From positions 434,001-498,000 of the forward strand of contig JAANOX010000034.1 in the NCBI GenBank assembly GCA_020184695.1: a stretch of 64,000 nucleotides of DNA. Direction: 5' to 3'. Position 1 is the stretch's first letter. Every line of letters begins with the position of its first letter. The translations under genes were made by a program, and so were the position numbers. The stretch is from Histomonas meleagridis 2922-C6/04-290x. Lineage: Eukaryota; Protista; Parabasalia. This document shows, piece by piece, positions 1 to 11,685 of this stretch. The notes under the pieces are model-generated. The model had not been told where the DNA came from and made no database searches. It saw nothing but the letters and a program-made list of their open reading frames with translations.

Positions 1-360
1 AATCAAATTCATGTTAAATCAGAATGCTTAAATGCATTTGTTTCCTTAAATATAAATTGTAAGCGATAAGTTATGTCGCTTTCGCTTATGATTATATTTT
101 ATAATAATATTTGGAATTTATGTAGATTATTTCAAGCAGCACTTATAAAAGCATCTGAAAGAGTTCATATAGATGTGGTTATTTTACTTTAAGAACGAGA
201 AAAAACTGATATTAATGTTAGAGATATTTATTGGTTTCATCTGAAATTTATTTCAGTAATTTGATATTTTAGAACAATATTTGATAATTATTTGATATAT
301 GTCAAACCTCACTTATAAGTGCATTAGAAAAAGATATTTCTGATTTAGTTAAATAGATAA
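1..360 (+). pseudogene. 3' end of a decaying spacer-interrupted ankyrin array
   Basis: Cassette 136-225 translates AALIKASERVHIDVVILL*EREKTDINVRD (internal TAA). It is followed by an 80-nt spacer (226-305) containing an AACAATATTTGATAATTATTTG core variant, then a TSLISALEK remnant. Same organisation as the other arrays. Confidence 0.7.
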
Positions 361-679
361 ATGAGAAAAAGGAGATTAATAAACAATGTACTTAAATGTG
401 AATAAATATTCAAAAATACAATTAAACAAAATTTTATTAATGTATACATATTTTTTAATAATAATAAATGTTTATATAAGTGATAAAAAAACAGACATGA
501 ATAATATTATTTGTTATTTTTGATTTAGTGAATAAAACAGGGTTAGAAAATGTATTCGAATAAATGTAACATTTATTTCTTAAAATATCATAAATATTGA
601 CATTTAATAACGCAAATATTTACACATCAATTAGTTTTTAATCTAAAATTAAACAAATCCATTTTTATTATACTATATT

Positions 680-2494
680 TTACACTCTCGAAAGCAAAGC
701 TTTTTCGGATACATACAAATTTTCATTATATCGAAGTCTTCTTACAACGACAAGAATCACCACTATTATAATAATAAGGGCGACAGCGCCGAAAGTTATT
801 GCCACAATCAAAATTTTCTTATTATTTTTTCCATTATCAGTAATCACGTTGTTATCTGGGCATCCATTAATTATTTTACCTTTTGTTACATTTATACCAC
901 AAAATGTGTTCGAAACATAAACATTTCGAACCATTACATTCGAAACATTTGTATACTCGAACAAAGAAACATTAAAATTCGGCTCATTTATACCATAAAA
1001 ATAAACACATTTTAAGTTATCACATTTATAAAACGAATATTTTTCGATTTTAATTACATTTCTTCCAATAACAATTGACATTAAATTAGATGAAAAAGAA
1101 AATGAAAATTCGGAAATTATATTAACAGAATCCGAAATTTCATAAATTTCATTTTTATTTGCTGATGGATAACGAATAATTTTCGAAAAGTTTTTATTGT
1201 AAAGAACTCCGTCTTCATTATAATTGGAAAAATATAAATTATTTTCGGAAACTGAAATATAACTTAAATTATAACAATAATCAAAAACAGAGTTTCCAAT
1301 GAATCGAACTGTTGTTGGTATTGTAATGTTCAACAAATTTTCGCAATAACAAAAAACATAATTTTCAATAATTTCAACATTTTCTCCAATGATAACTTCT
1401 GTTAAAGCTGTACATCTATAAAATGAATATGAACCAATGACATTAACTGAATTTGGAATTAAAATTTTACGTAATTTCGAACATGTACTAAATGTTTCTA
1501 ATTCAATAATTGAAATTGAATTTGATAATTTAACATCTGTTAATTGCTTACATTTATAAAATGATGAATTTCCTATAGAGAGAACTGAGTTTGGGATGAT
1601 TATTTCCTTTAATAAAAGACAACTTTGAAATGAACGATCAGAAATAGATTGGAGACCGTTATTTAATTCCACTTTTTGTAAGTTTTTACACTCTCTGAAA
1701 GCTGAAGATTCAATGGATTTGACTGAATTTGGAAGTTTTATCTCTGAAATGTTTGATGACGAAAAACAAAATGAATTTACACTCGAAATTTTGCTGTCTT
1801 TAAAGATAATTGTTGTTAAATGTTTGCAATGTGAAAAGACACTAGACCCTATGAATGTTACGGAGCTTGGAATTATGATTTGTGTTAATTCATTACAATA
1901 TGTAAATGATTTGTCGCCTATTGTTTGAAGATTTTCACTTAAAACTACCGTTTCAAGTAAAAGACAAAAAGAAAAACATTCAGAACCAAGTGAAGTAACT
2001 GATAATAAATCAACGCTGATTAAACTTGTACATGATTCAAAACAATTGTCACAAATTATGAGTTTGCCAGGACAAAATGTTATTTTTTCTAAGCTTTCAC
2101 AAAGGCTAAAGGCTGAATTTCCTATTGTCGTGACGGAACTGGGAATTGTGATACTTGAAATGATAGCACTTGAAAAAGAAAATGAGCCAATGGTTTGAAC
2201 ACGTTCACCAATGGCTATGTAACTTAGGTTATAACAGTTGAAAAATGAGGAATTTCCAATTGATGTGATCGTTAATCCGATTGTAACTGATTTCAGAAAT
2301 GTCCATTCGGAAAATGCATTGGCAGGAATTGTGGTAACATCATCTGTAAATTCGATTATGTTTGTAACATTTTGATACTTTTTATAATTTGTATTCTCAA
2401 GATCAGCTTTGCTAAGAATAAGTGTTCCATTTTCTTCAACAAAAGTTTGAGAAGAAATTGAAAAGTAAATTGCAAAAAGAAATGCTAAAAACAT
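680..2494 (-). CDS. BspA-like (TpLRR/LRR_5) leucine-rich repeat surface protein
   Basis: N-terminal hydrophobic signal, many 23-aa repeats of the form IxIPxSVxxIGxxAFxxCxxL, a C-terminal transmembrane helix (ILIVAITFGAVALIIIIVVILVVV) and a short tail. Confidence 0.92.
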   Translation of the reverse strand: MFLAFLFAIYFSISSQTFVEENGTLILSKADLENTNYKKYQNVTNIIEFTDDVTTIPANAFSEWTFLKSVTIGLTITSIGNSSFFNCYNLSYIAIGERVQTIGSFSFSSAIISSITIPSSVTTIGNSAFSLCESLEKITFCPGKLIICDNCFESCTSLISVDLLSVTSLGSECFSFCLLLETVVLSENLQTIGDKSFTYCNELTQIIIPSSVTFIGSSVFSHCKHLTTIIFKDSKISSVNSFCFSSSNISEIKLPNSVKSIESSAFRECKNLQKVELNNGLQSISDRSFQSCLLLKEIIIPNSVLSIGNSSFYKCKQLTDVKLSNSISIIELETFSTCSKLRKILIPNSVNVIGSYSFYRCTALTEVIIGENVEIIENYVFCYCENLLNITIPTTVRFIGNSVFDYCYNLSYISVSENNLYFSNYNEDGVLYNKNFSKIIRYPSANKNEIYEISDSVNIISEFSFSFSSNLMSIVIGRNVIKIEKYSFYKCDNLKCVYFYGINEPNFNVSLFEYTNVSNVMVRNVYVSNTFCGINVTKGKIINGCPDNNVITDNGKNNKKILIVAITFGAVALIIIIVVILVVVRRLRYNENLYVSEKALLSRV

Positions 2495-2792
2495 TTTGAG
2501 TGTTTCAACCTGAAAAAAAATGAATTAAACGGTCGATTAAAAGAAATTTTTCATTTTTCCCTATATAATCAATTATAATTCCTACTACAACATCCAAAAG
2601 CATGGAATCCATTTTGTTAATTTTCGGAAAGTATCCTTATTTATTGTAATTGATATCATCAATATATTGAATTATCTGTGTTAAACTCTTCTTGTGTGTA
2701 ACTAACTTTCCTATTATTTGGAGGTAATATTTCCTAAATATAAAATTCATACATAAAAGAGTTTTATCATTTTTTTTAGTAACTATATTTCC

Positions 2793-3653
2793 ATGGTTTA
2801 CTTGTTTCATGTTGGAGTGCGTTTAAAAAGTGACGGGATAAACCGCCAAATGGAGACACAAAGGGATTGGTCTCGCAGGCATCGAATCGAATCATGGAAT
2901 ATCCTATACAAATATGCGCAAATAACAAACCAAAAATTTGGTCGTGATATTGTTTCAATGTCACCTTTTCTTACAACAGCCTTTTTATATTTAGCCAAAT
3001 ATTATTCAAATTCAGATATTATCCAAAACAGGTTGGATAGAATAACAGTTCTTTTTGCATCTGTATTTGTTACATCCAAGCAGTTTAAAATAAATATAAA
3101 ATTTGAACAACATCATATGATTTTTTGCAAAATCATGGATAGACTATCAGAAGAACAAAAAGAATTTTTTGGTAGTACATGTGACATAATAACGCCCAAA
3201 GAACAAAACGAAGAAGAATTTCAAAGGTTTAAATCAATTGGAATCCAAGCCGAACTCGACTTCCTCACAACCATTAAATGGGAATTTATTACCGAAACGC
3301 CATTCAAATGGTTCAACGAATGGCACCTTCTTATGCGTAATCCTATTCGTCCGAATGATCCAACATTAAGAGATTTCAGAGCAATGCGTGACATTGCGGT
3401 TCACAACTTAATTTTATTTCTTGTTGTCAGTGATGACATAGAATCTTTGCCTTTAGATATTGTTTCTGTTGCTGTGTTTCAAGATGCTCTGATGAAACGT
3501 CAAATTAAGCAATATTCTCCAGACAAAGATTCGGAATTTTTTTGGATGAAAAGAATCAAAATCGAAATGGACTTTGAAGAAGTAATGTCTTTTGTACAAG
3601 AGCTTCATAATTTAGAGATAATGTTCGCTGAGGTTAAAGTTCATTGCATATAG
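2793..3653 (+). CDS. Cyclin-fold protein (divergent, transcriptional-cyclin-like)
   Basis: Cyclin-box-like motifs TAFLYLAKYY...VLFASVFVTSK and AELDFLTTIKWEF..ETPF; 286-aa ORF. Confidence 0.5.
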   Translation: MVYLFHVGVRLKSDGINRQMETQRDWSRRHRIESWNILYKYAQITNQKFGRDIVSMSPFLTTAFLYLAKYYSNSDIIQNRLDRITVLFASVFVTSKQFKINIKFEQHHMIFCKIMDRLSEEQKEFFGSTCDIITPKEQNEEEFQRFKSIGIQAELDFLTTIKWEFITETPFKWFNEWHLLMRNPIRPNDPTLRDFRAMRDIAVHNLILFLVVSDDIESLPLDIVSVAVFQDALMKRQIKQYSPDKDSEFFWMKRIKIEMDFEEVMSFVQELHNLEIMFAEVKVHCI

Positions 3654-4123
3654 AACGATATGTGGTTTCAATACAACGATACTAATTTTCAATAGAAAAC
3701 GATTTTTTATTATTGAAATCTTTTTGATGGAGAACTTCTTTGTTTTTTGGCATTTGATCCAATCCGGTTTATAAACAATCTATTTATAAATTATTTGGTA
3801 ATCAATAGTTTCATGTGACTTCAAAAAAAAAAGAATTTTGCTTTAAAAAAATCATGTGTTTTTATTTGGAAAAATCTTTTATCAAGAATGCACTTGAGTT
3901 AGTTAAGTATGATGTTTGTGATAAATGTTGATTTTTTTCCTTGATATCGTGAAATTTTGAAAGACATGTTGAACTTAAATTTTTATATAATTTATTTGAA
4001 AATTGAAATTGAAATTGATATTAATCAATTGTTTTGGGAACTTCATGCATTATCGAATGAATTTTCTTCGATTTATCATTGGAGAAAAAACTTATTGTTG
4101 AACGAAGTTAGTCAAAATAAAAA

Positions 4124-4567
4124 ATGAACCAAAATCAAGCATTTTTCTCTGTTTTAACAAGAATCATTGAGATGGTTTCAACAAATGAACAAGACCGCAG
4201 ACAGCTACAAATCAATCTACAAGCATTAAGAGATGATTTAATTTCAATTAATAGACAGGATTCTCATAATTCAGCATTTGATTTACATGGAATTGTAGCA
4301 TCGGAAAAAGGACAATACATCCAAGAGCTTCAAGAAAACATGACTAATCAAGATGCATGTAATTATCTCCAAAAAATTTTGCCTGATAATCTTTCACGCT
4401 CAAACAAATTAACAGAGGTTGCCAAAGCTCTTTCTTCAATGTCAAATGTTCCATATAGTTCTGATCAATTTACTACGTTTCAAGGAATTTACAGCTGGAT
4501 AGATTCAAATTGGGAAGTTCTTGAGCCTTACACTGGGGAGCTTATGATTATTGATTGTTCTGCTTAA
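4124..4567 (+). CDS. Hypothetical protein
   Basis: 147-aa ATG ORF with normal composition; no recognised motif. Confidence 0.6.
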   Translation: MNQNQAFFSVLTRIIEMVSTNEQDRRQLQINLQALRDDLISINRQDSHNSAFDLHGIVASEKGQYIQELQENMTNQDACNYLQKILPDNLSRSNKLTEVAKALSSMSNVPYSSDQFTTFQGIYSWIDSNWEVLEPYTGELMIIDCSA

Positions 4568-4837
4568 GTTTTGTTCATAATTAAAATAAAAAAGTTATTT
4601 TAATAAAAATTCTTATTAGAAGATATTATTTATATTTTGTAGTGTTAACACTAATGGGATAGCTTTTGTAAATTCAATAAAAAAAAATATTTGATAAATG
4701 ATTAAAATATTAACTCATATATATTTTCTTTGAGAGTTTCAGAACACATTAGAACTTCAAGAAAGAGTGTAATTATTGCTTTTGGATGGTGTTTTTGTGA
4801 AATTGTTCTTTGTTTCATTCATTGCGGTTTTGACACA

Positions 4838-5284
4838 ATGGGCGAAGAAGAGAACCTGAAAGAATTCATCAATATTCTTGCCATTCAAGAAGCTGCACTT
4901 GATGAGATTGAGAATGGATATAACCAGTGTAGTAAAAATTATGAAGAAATCAATAAAAAAATTGAAATGGTCAAACAACAGATTCAAAATTCAACTCTTT
5001 CAAAGCAACTAGAAATGATCTGTGAAAACAAAATAAATGCTGATGGTATAAAACTAACAGAATCAACAAGAAAATATTCAAATGATCAGATCATTGAACT
5101 ATTTCAACAAATCAATGAATTAACACAGAAACTTAATGAGTCCCATGAAAACGGAATTCAAAGTTTAATTGAAGATTTAAATAATGAAGAAAATCAACCA
5201 AGTCATACCAAATCTGAATATTCACAAGAAAAAGAATACGCATCAATTCTCAAAGAGCTTGGAATTGATGTGGATGATTTCTAA
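4838..5284 (+). CDS. Hypothetical coiled-coil protein
   Basis: The ORF track starts at a TTG (4730). First ATG is at 4838 (MGEEENLKEF...), just downstream of a TCATT Inr-like motif. Heptad-rich E/Q/N/K composition. Confidence 0.6.
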   Translation: MGEEENLKEFINILAIQEAALDEIENGYNQCSKNYEEINKKIEMVKQQIQNSTLSKQLEMICENKINADGIKLTESTRKYSNDQIIELFQQINELTQKLNESHENGIQSLIEDLNNEENQPSHTKSEYSQEKEYASILKELGIDVDDF

Positions 5285-5631
5285 TATGTTGATTTGTAAA
5301 CAATATTTAAATATTTACGTAAACAATATCTTTTTTTTTGAAGTTTTTACAAATTAATGTAAAAGTGTCACTAAAAGAAATGTGATGTAACATGTACCAA
5401 TAAACGGTCAAGATCAGAGTACCCTATTTATTCGTTCTCTTTGAACAAAAGTGTCAACATTTTAATAACTTTATAAATACTTTTTCCAATTTGCAACTTG
5501 AGAATCATCTAAATTTTCAGGGTATATTTCTCGTGGTACTAAGAAAGAAACACAAAATAAGAACTGCAGTTGTGATATGTTTTATTTAAAATTACGTTTC
5601 CAAATAATGAAAGATGTTTTAATATAAAAAA

Positions 5632-6333
5632 TCATTCCTTTTTGACTTTTGGTGAATTAGTTTTGGCTTTTGCTGCTAGAAGTGACTTAATAAATCTAAT
5701 GATTAAATAAAATGTTATTTGAAATGTAAAGATAAGAAGAGCAAAATAAATATATGATTTGTTTTTGTATATGAATTCATCCACCATACGAACAAACCTC
5801 ATTGATGGAAGCATGTTAACATCTTGTTTGTTGTTCATTTTATCAAATAGTGGATCAATCTTTGTTTCCTTGATTGGTTCAGAAGCAAATGCAACATACT
5901 GTCCGATTACATTTTTCACGTCGCTTACTGTTATTTCAATAATTTTTTCTGAAATAAAAATAATTTTGAAAATGTAATTGGAATATAAAAAACGAGTTGA
6001 GTATTGTGAAAAATCATCTGTTGCAAAAGAAAAGCTGGTTAGTTTTTCATCCGTTTTTGCAATGAAAATTCCAGAATTCTCTGAAGTATATGAAATTTCA
6101 AATTGTCCAAAACATGAATCAGTCTTCTTGTTGAAATTAATTTTTGCCTTTTCGTTGCTTTTCCATATTGTTATTATTGTTTTACCAGAAGTCTTGTTTA
6201 AATGAAATTCGAAAGAATAAAGAATTTCATTTTGATGTTCACGAGATGTTCCTTCATATACATCCCACTCTTTTACCAATACATTTTGTGCATCAAAACA
6301 AAGAATTGCTTGGATAATACTGAAAAACAGCAT
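5632..6333 (-). CDS. Hypothetical single-pass membrane protein
   Basis: Signal-like N-terminus (MLFFSIIQAILC) and a C-terminal hydrophobic helix (YIYFALLIFTFQITFYLIIRFI) followed by a basic tail. Confidence 0.7.
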   Translation of the reverse strand: MLFFSIIQAILCFDAQNVLVKEWDVYEGTSREHQNEILYSFEFHLNKTSGKTIITIWKSNEKAKINFNKKTDSCFGQFEISYTSENSGIFIAKTDEKLTSFSFATDDFSQYSTRFLYSNYIFKIIFISEKIIEITVSDVKNVIGQYVAFASEPIKETKIDPLFDKMNNKQDVNMLPSMRFVRMVDEFIYKNKSYIYFALLIFTFQITFYLIIRFIKSLLAAKAKTNSPKVKKE

Positions 6334-6519
6334 TAAATAACCGAAAAGTATTGCGGTTTTCTTTAGTTTCTTCCGAACCTTAAAGGATTATGTAATCCAT
6401 ACAGCTAAACCATTGTTTTAAATATAGATAAGTTATTTAAAAATTACTTTAATTATAAAAAAATTAACAGTGAAGCTTTTTCAAATTGTTGTTTACTTTA
6501 AGTTTCTTTATTTTTTATG

Positions 6520-7410
6520 TCATTTACTTTCATATTTAGAAGTTCACATATTTCTGTGTAACCATATTTAGCTGCAATAATATATGCTGTATAAAATAAA
6601 TTAAATAATTTCCAAATATTATTTTGAAATATTAAATTATTAAAATAAATTTTATCTTTAGCATTAATATCAATTCCTTTTTGTTTAAGAAGTAATTTAA
6701 GATTTCTGTATGACCATTTCTAGATGCAAAGATAAGTGCTGTATTAAAAAAATTAAATAATTTCCAAATATTATTTTGGGGTGTTGTGAAATTATTAAAA
6801 TAAATTATATCTTTAGCATTGATATCAATTACTTCTTGAACAAGAAGTAATTTAACTATTTTTTGTATGACCTCTTGAAGATGCCAAAAAAAGTGCTGTT
6901 TGAAATAATATAAATAATTTCCAAATGTTATTTTGAATTAAGAAATTATTAAAATAAATTATATCTTTAGCATTGATATCAATTCCTTCTTGTTCAAGAA
7001 GTAATTTAACTATTTCTGTATAACCCTTTTCAGATGCGTACATAAGTGCTGTCCAAAATAATATAAATAATTTCCGAATTAATAAAAAAAAAAATTTCTT
7101 TTAGCATTAATATCAATTCCTTTTTGTTCAAGAAGCAATTTAACGATTTCTATATATCCACCTGCTGATGCTAAAGAAAGTGCTGTACAAAATGTTTTAA
7201 ATAATTTCCAAATATTATTTTAAATTATCAAATTATTAACATTAATTTCGAATAAAACGAATGAATATCTTTAGCATTAATATCAATTCCTTTTTGCTCC
7301 AAAATATATTGTACAAGTTCAATATTTCCTGATCCTGAAGAAAATACCAAAATGTTTTTTGGAATTTGATTTGTTTCAAGAGAATACTTAGTATATGGAT
7401 GAACTCGCCG
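6520..7410 (-). pseudogene. 5'-truncated, decaying spacer-interrupted ankyrin gene (array A)
   Basis: Five TAL/TAY cassettes after a ...SGNIELVQYILEQKGIDINAKD segment. Spacers are 80 (7187-7266), ~44 (7053-7096), 63 (6900-6962), 66 (6743-6808) and 63 nt (6591-6653). Two cassettes carry 1-nt indels (91 and 89 nt). The DUF3447 N-terminus is missing upstream of 7410. Confidence 0.8.
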
Positions 7411-7481
7411 GTTGACATGATATAGGGAAAAAATGGCCATCGCGAAGCGCTGGCGAAATTTTTTTCCTATATCATGTCAAC
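7411..7481. mobile_element. 71-bp palindromic hairpin element / MITE-like or element terminus
   Basis: Perfect 16-bp inverted repeat GTTGACATGATATAGG (7411-7426) / CCTATATCATGTCAAC (7466-7481), extended by A6/T6 and an inner GCCA-CGC-GAA-GCG-TGGC stem. It sits at the point where ankyrin gene A is truncated. No target-site duplication seen. Confidence 0.5.
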
Positions 7482-8327
7482 TCACAGGAGAGAAAAGGAA
7501 AAAAGTGGGTAAGTAAATCATTAAATTATTAATAGATGAAATGTCAAAAACACAAAAATAAGAATATTGAAACAAAAATATCATAATTTATAAAAACATC
7601 ATTTTTTATTAAAGATACACATATTAATAATTATTTTAAAATTGTAATCACTGTAATTTTGTCTATATATGTTTTTTTGGAAGCCTACTTTTCATTTTAT
7701 ATAATATACAAGTATCCCCGAAGTACAATAGTACTTGAGGTGTTTATAATAATTCAAGGAGAAATAAAAAGATAATAAAAAATACATATATGAAAGCTAT
7801 CAGTAAAAAACTTGGTATAATTGAATAAATAATTAATTAAAAAAGATAATAAGCAAAGCTAATTTATTTTTTTTTCGATTTGATTTTTGCCGAATACAAA
7901 AATCGATTCCCAGGTTAAAAAAAGAAAGTTAATCTTCAATTAATTCATATATATGAACTATAGTTCAAGAACCAAGAGGTTATAGTCAAATTTGAATAGT
8001 AGGACGAATAAAAATCACACAATTATCTTACATCGTTTCCGATAACGAAATCGTCAATTAGGGGATATTGATTTATTCTAGGGAAATATGTAAAATTGAT
8101 CATTCTATATGAACTACAAATAATTTCTGTTGTCGATTATAAAATATTTGAAATCTGAATTAAAGACATGAATCAAAAATTACAAAATTCGAAATGAGGA
8201 ATATTGAAAAAAAAATCGATAAACGTATCTCAAGTCAGTATTCAAGATAATGTGCAAATTGCATTTGTATCGATATTTATTCAATAAAATTTTGCTAAGA
8301 TAGGAAAATAAAAATAAATAAAAAAAA

Positions 8328-8961
8328 TCAGATAAATTCAATGATCAAGAATCGTTTTTTTTTTTTTCAGAAAAAAATATATGGTTTGTATCAAGATATT
8401 TCAAGAATGGATTTATACAGAAACTATTTTATTGATTATAAATTATTAATCAGGTTAAATAAGTACATCATTAAGGTGTTACGAAAATTATCATATCATT
8501 CATTTTTTCATTGAATTTATAAATTCAAAAAAAATCAAGATTTCATATAATTATTCGGAGTAAATAACAAATCACAATTCTATGATAAAATTTCAATATT
8601 TCTATTTCTTAACAAACCAAGAATCTTTTAATTTGATTGTTTACAAATGACAATGATAGAAACAAACAAACAACCTATCTGATCGAATAAAGGGTAAAAT
8701 TTTGATAATATTTACCATCATTCAAATTCGCTCCTATCGTCACTTATCGTTGTTGATATCGTTTGATATAAACCATGCAAAAGTCGATTTTTGTCACTTT
8801 TTGGAATGAAAGAATAAATTTATCTCGTGCTAATCATAATATAATTCTTAGATTTATATTAATCATAGATGCAACCATGTATATATATTATATATTTATG
8901 ATATCAAGATCGTAGGATGATCACTATATACGATGGGTGGAAATCGCAAGTCTAGTTTAAT
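8328..8961. repeat. Dispersed ~630-bp non-coding repeat R1, copy 1
   Basis: Aligns by eye with 12774-13408. The 3' block (TTTGATAATATTTACC...GGGTGGAAAT) is almost identical between copies. Confidence 0.9.
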
Positions 8962-9321
8962 ATATAGTATTCATTGTGAAACAATTAGAAAAATGTTGGT
9001 TTATTGAATAAAAATAAAATTATTGTAGAAATTAATGTGTTATATAAGGTGTACTCAATAGATTTCCATTAAACTTTAAGAGTAAATAATACTATGAATA
9101 ATAATTAATTTTTTGTTGTTTTGAATTTTTCATCTTTTTTTTCAGTAAAAATTATCATCAAATTATATGAAAATAATACAATGAAATATGATATAAAATA
9201 TTCTATTTATCAAATTTTGATTCATATAAAAATATTGATCAAATTTCATGTGTTAATGATAATATATGAAAACAAACTGAATTTAGGAAATGTTTATTTC
9301 AATATTTAAATATTTCCTCTT

Positions 9322-10518
9322 TTATCCTTGAGAATCTTTTATTTTTATGATGTCGTCACATTTATGATGTTGAATTTTTTCTGCAAATAATCGAATAATT
9401 TCTGCATTTTTCTTTTCTGATGATATCATAAGCGCTGTTTTATATGTTTATAAGTAATCCAAAATGTTTATATGAAATTTCATATTTTTTCAAAATATTT
9501 TAAATAAAACAAAAAAACATCTTTAGCGTCTATATCAATATTCTCTTGTTCAAGAAGCAATTTAACTATTTCTGTACGACCATTTTCAGATGCATACATA
9601 AGTGCTGTATTAAATAATTTAAATAATTTCCAAATATTATTTTGAAATATTAAATTATTAAAATAAACAAAAAATAAAACAAATAAATATCTTTAGCATT
9701 AATATCAATTCCTTCTTGTTCTAGAAGTAATTTAACTATTTCTGTATAACCATTATAAGATGCTAAAATAAGTGCTGTCCAAAATATTTTGAATAATTTC
9801 CAAATATTATTTTGAAAAATCAAATTATTAAAATAAATTTCAAATAAAACAAAAAAATATCTTTAGCATTAATATCAATTCCTTCTTGTTCAAGAAGTAA
9901 TTGAACAATTTCTGTATAATCAAATTGAGATGCTCTCATAAGCGCTGTAAAAAATAATTTAAATAATTTCCAAATATTATTTTGAAAAATCAAATTATTA
10001 AAATAAATTTCAAATAAAACAAAAAAATATCTTTAGCATTAATATCAATTCCTTTTTGTTCAAGAAGTAATAGAACAATTTCTGTATAATCAAATTGAGA
10101 TGCTCTCATAAGTGCTGTTTCAAATAATTTAAATGATTTCCAAATATTATTTTGAAATATTAAATTATTAAAATAAATTTCAAATAAAACAGAAAAATAT
10201 CTTTAGCATTAATATCAATTCCTTCTTGTTCAAGAAGTAATTTAACTATTTCTGTATGACCATATTCAGATGCTAAAATAAGTGCTGTATCAAATAATTT
10301 AAATAATTTCCAAATATTATTTTGAAATATCAAATTATTAAAATAAATTTCATTTTTATCATTAATATCAATTCCTTCTTTTTCAAGAAGTAATTTAACT
10401 ATTTCTGTATAACCATTTTTTGAAGCATTTGTTAGTGCTAAAAATATTTAAAAAAAAATTTAAAAATTTTTATGAAACGATGAAATATTTTAATAAAAAT
10501 CTAATGAAATAAGCAAAC
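9322..10518 (-). repeat. Spacer-interrupted ankyrin array B (7 cassettes, mostly 170-nt period)
   Basis: Spacers: 10439-10518, 10119-10198, 9949-10028, 9779-9858, 9609-9688, 9439-9518 (80 nt) and 10289-10351 (63 nt). Cassettes include TALILASEYGHTEIVKLLLEQEGIDINAKD. The terminal repeat ends at TAA 9324-9322. The first junction is ambiguous by one codon. Confidence 0.92.
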
Positions 10519-11685
10519 AATCTTGCTAAAATCAATGTATCTATTGTTAATTAAATAGTTATAAAGTTCCACATTTCCAGAAAAACCCGAAATTTTCAAA
10601 AAATCAATAGGAATATGATTACTTTCGAGAAAATATTGAGTAATATATAAATTCCCTGTTATGATTGAAGCAATGAGAATATTTTCATTTATTTTCATTC
10701 CTTCTTTAAGTAAAAATGATAAAAGTTCATAATTATCATGTAAAACACATTTTGTTCCTAATTCTTCTAAATTCTTAATTTCTTTTAACTTATTATCATA
10801 AAAATATTTAAAGATATCATTTCGATGAAATTCTATTGCTGCTTCATATGCATCTTCAAATGTTGAATGATTTTGTTCACATAAATGAATTATTTCTTCA
10901 TTTCCACCTGCAACTGCATATTTACCTGTATTGTATAATTTTGCTCCATTCATAAGTAAATATTTAAAACATTTAACTGAAGAAAAAAATGCTGCATAAT
11001 CAATTAATGTAACATTTTTATGATTAATAAATGAATATCTTTCATAAAGTGATGGCTCAATTGTTTGATTAAAATCGAAGTTTGCTTGTGATGATATTTC
11101 TTGAAGTTTTTCTATTTCATCATTCCGAATTATTTTCGCAATTTCATTCTGATTTATTCCTTCTTTAACATATTTCTGATGAAGTTCCCAATTATTCGCT
11201 TTAAGTTTTTCAAGGTTTTTGGAGAAATATTCAGAAAATTGATAACAATAATTTAAAACGAAATGTGCTTTAAAATGTGAAAAAAATAAATTTTTCATAT
11301 TTATAGTAATCGATGAGTTAATTAAACCTTTTTCTATCAACTTTCCGATAAGATAATTAGATTCTTGTGAGTTATTTTTCCGAAGGAATTGAGAAAAGAC
11401 GTCAATTATTTTAACTTGATTTTTATTTTCATCTTGTTCAATTAAATTCAAAAACTCAATAATTATATCTATATTTTTCAGTCTAGTTACAAACAAAGTG
11501 TAAATGAAACGGCAGATGATCAAGTTGAATGAATACGTTCGTGAATTATCATAAAATTTGCGTAATGAAGAAACAGATGTATCAAGATTGTTTGTATTTA
11601 TGTTATAAATTATTTCTGTAAGTGCAATTAAGTCTGGAAAGGAATTTATCTTTGATGTGCTCATTCCAATGCTGTTAAATAACAC
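10501..11685 (-). CDS. DUF3447-type ankyrin-repeat protein, N-terminal ORF of gene B
   Basis: Motifs WELH..YVKEG.N.NEIAKIIRNDEIEKL, LIDYAAFFSSVKCFKYLLMN, YAVAGGNEEIIHLCEQ and AIEFHRNDIF, typical of the expanded trichomonad DUF3447 family. The ORF stops inside the first spacer. Confidence 0.9.
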   Translation of the reverse strand: MLFNSIGMSTSKINSFPDLIALTEIIYNINTNNLDTSVSSLRKFYDNSRTYSFNLIICRFIYTLFVTRLKNIDIIIEFLNLIEQDENKNQVKIIDVFSQFLRKNNSQESNYLIGKLIEKGLINSSITINMKNLFFSHFKAHFVLNYCYQFSEYFSKNLEKLKANNWELHQKYVKEGINQNEIAKIIRNDEIEKLQEISSQANFDFNQTIEPSLYERYSFINHKNVTLIDYAAFFSSVKCFKYLLMNGAKLYNTGKYAVAGGNEEIIHLCEQNHSTFEDAYEAAIEFHRNDIFKYFYDNKLKEIKNLEELGTKCVLHDNYELLSFLLKEGMKINENILIASIITGNLYITQYFLESNHIPIDFLKISGFSGNVELYNYLINNRYIDFSKIVCLFH

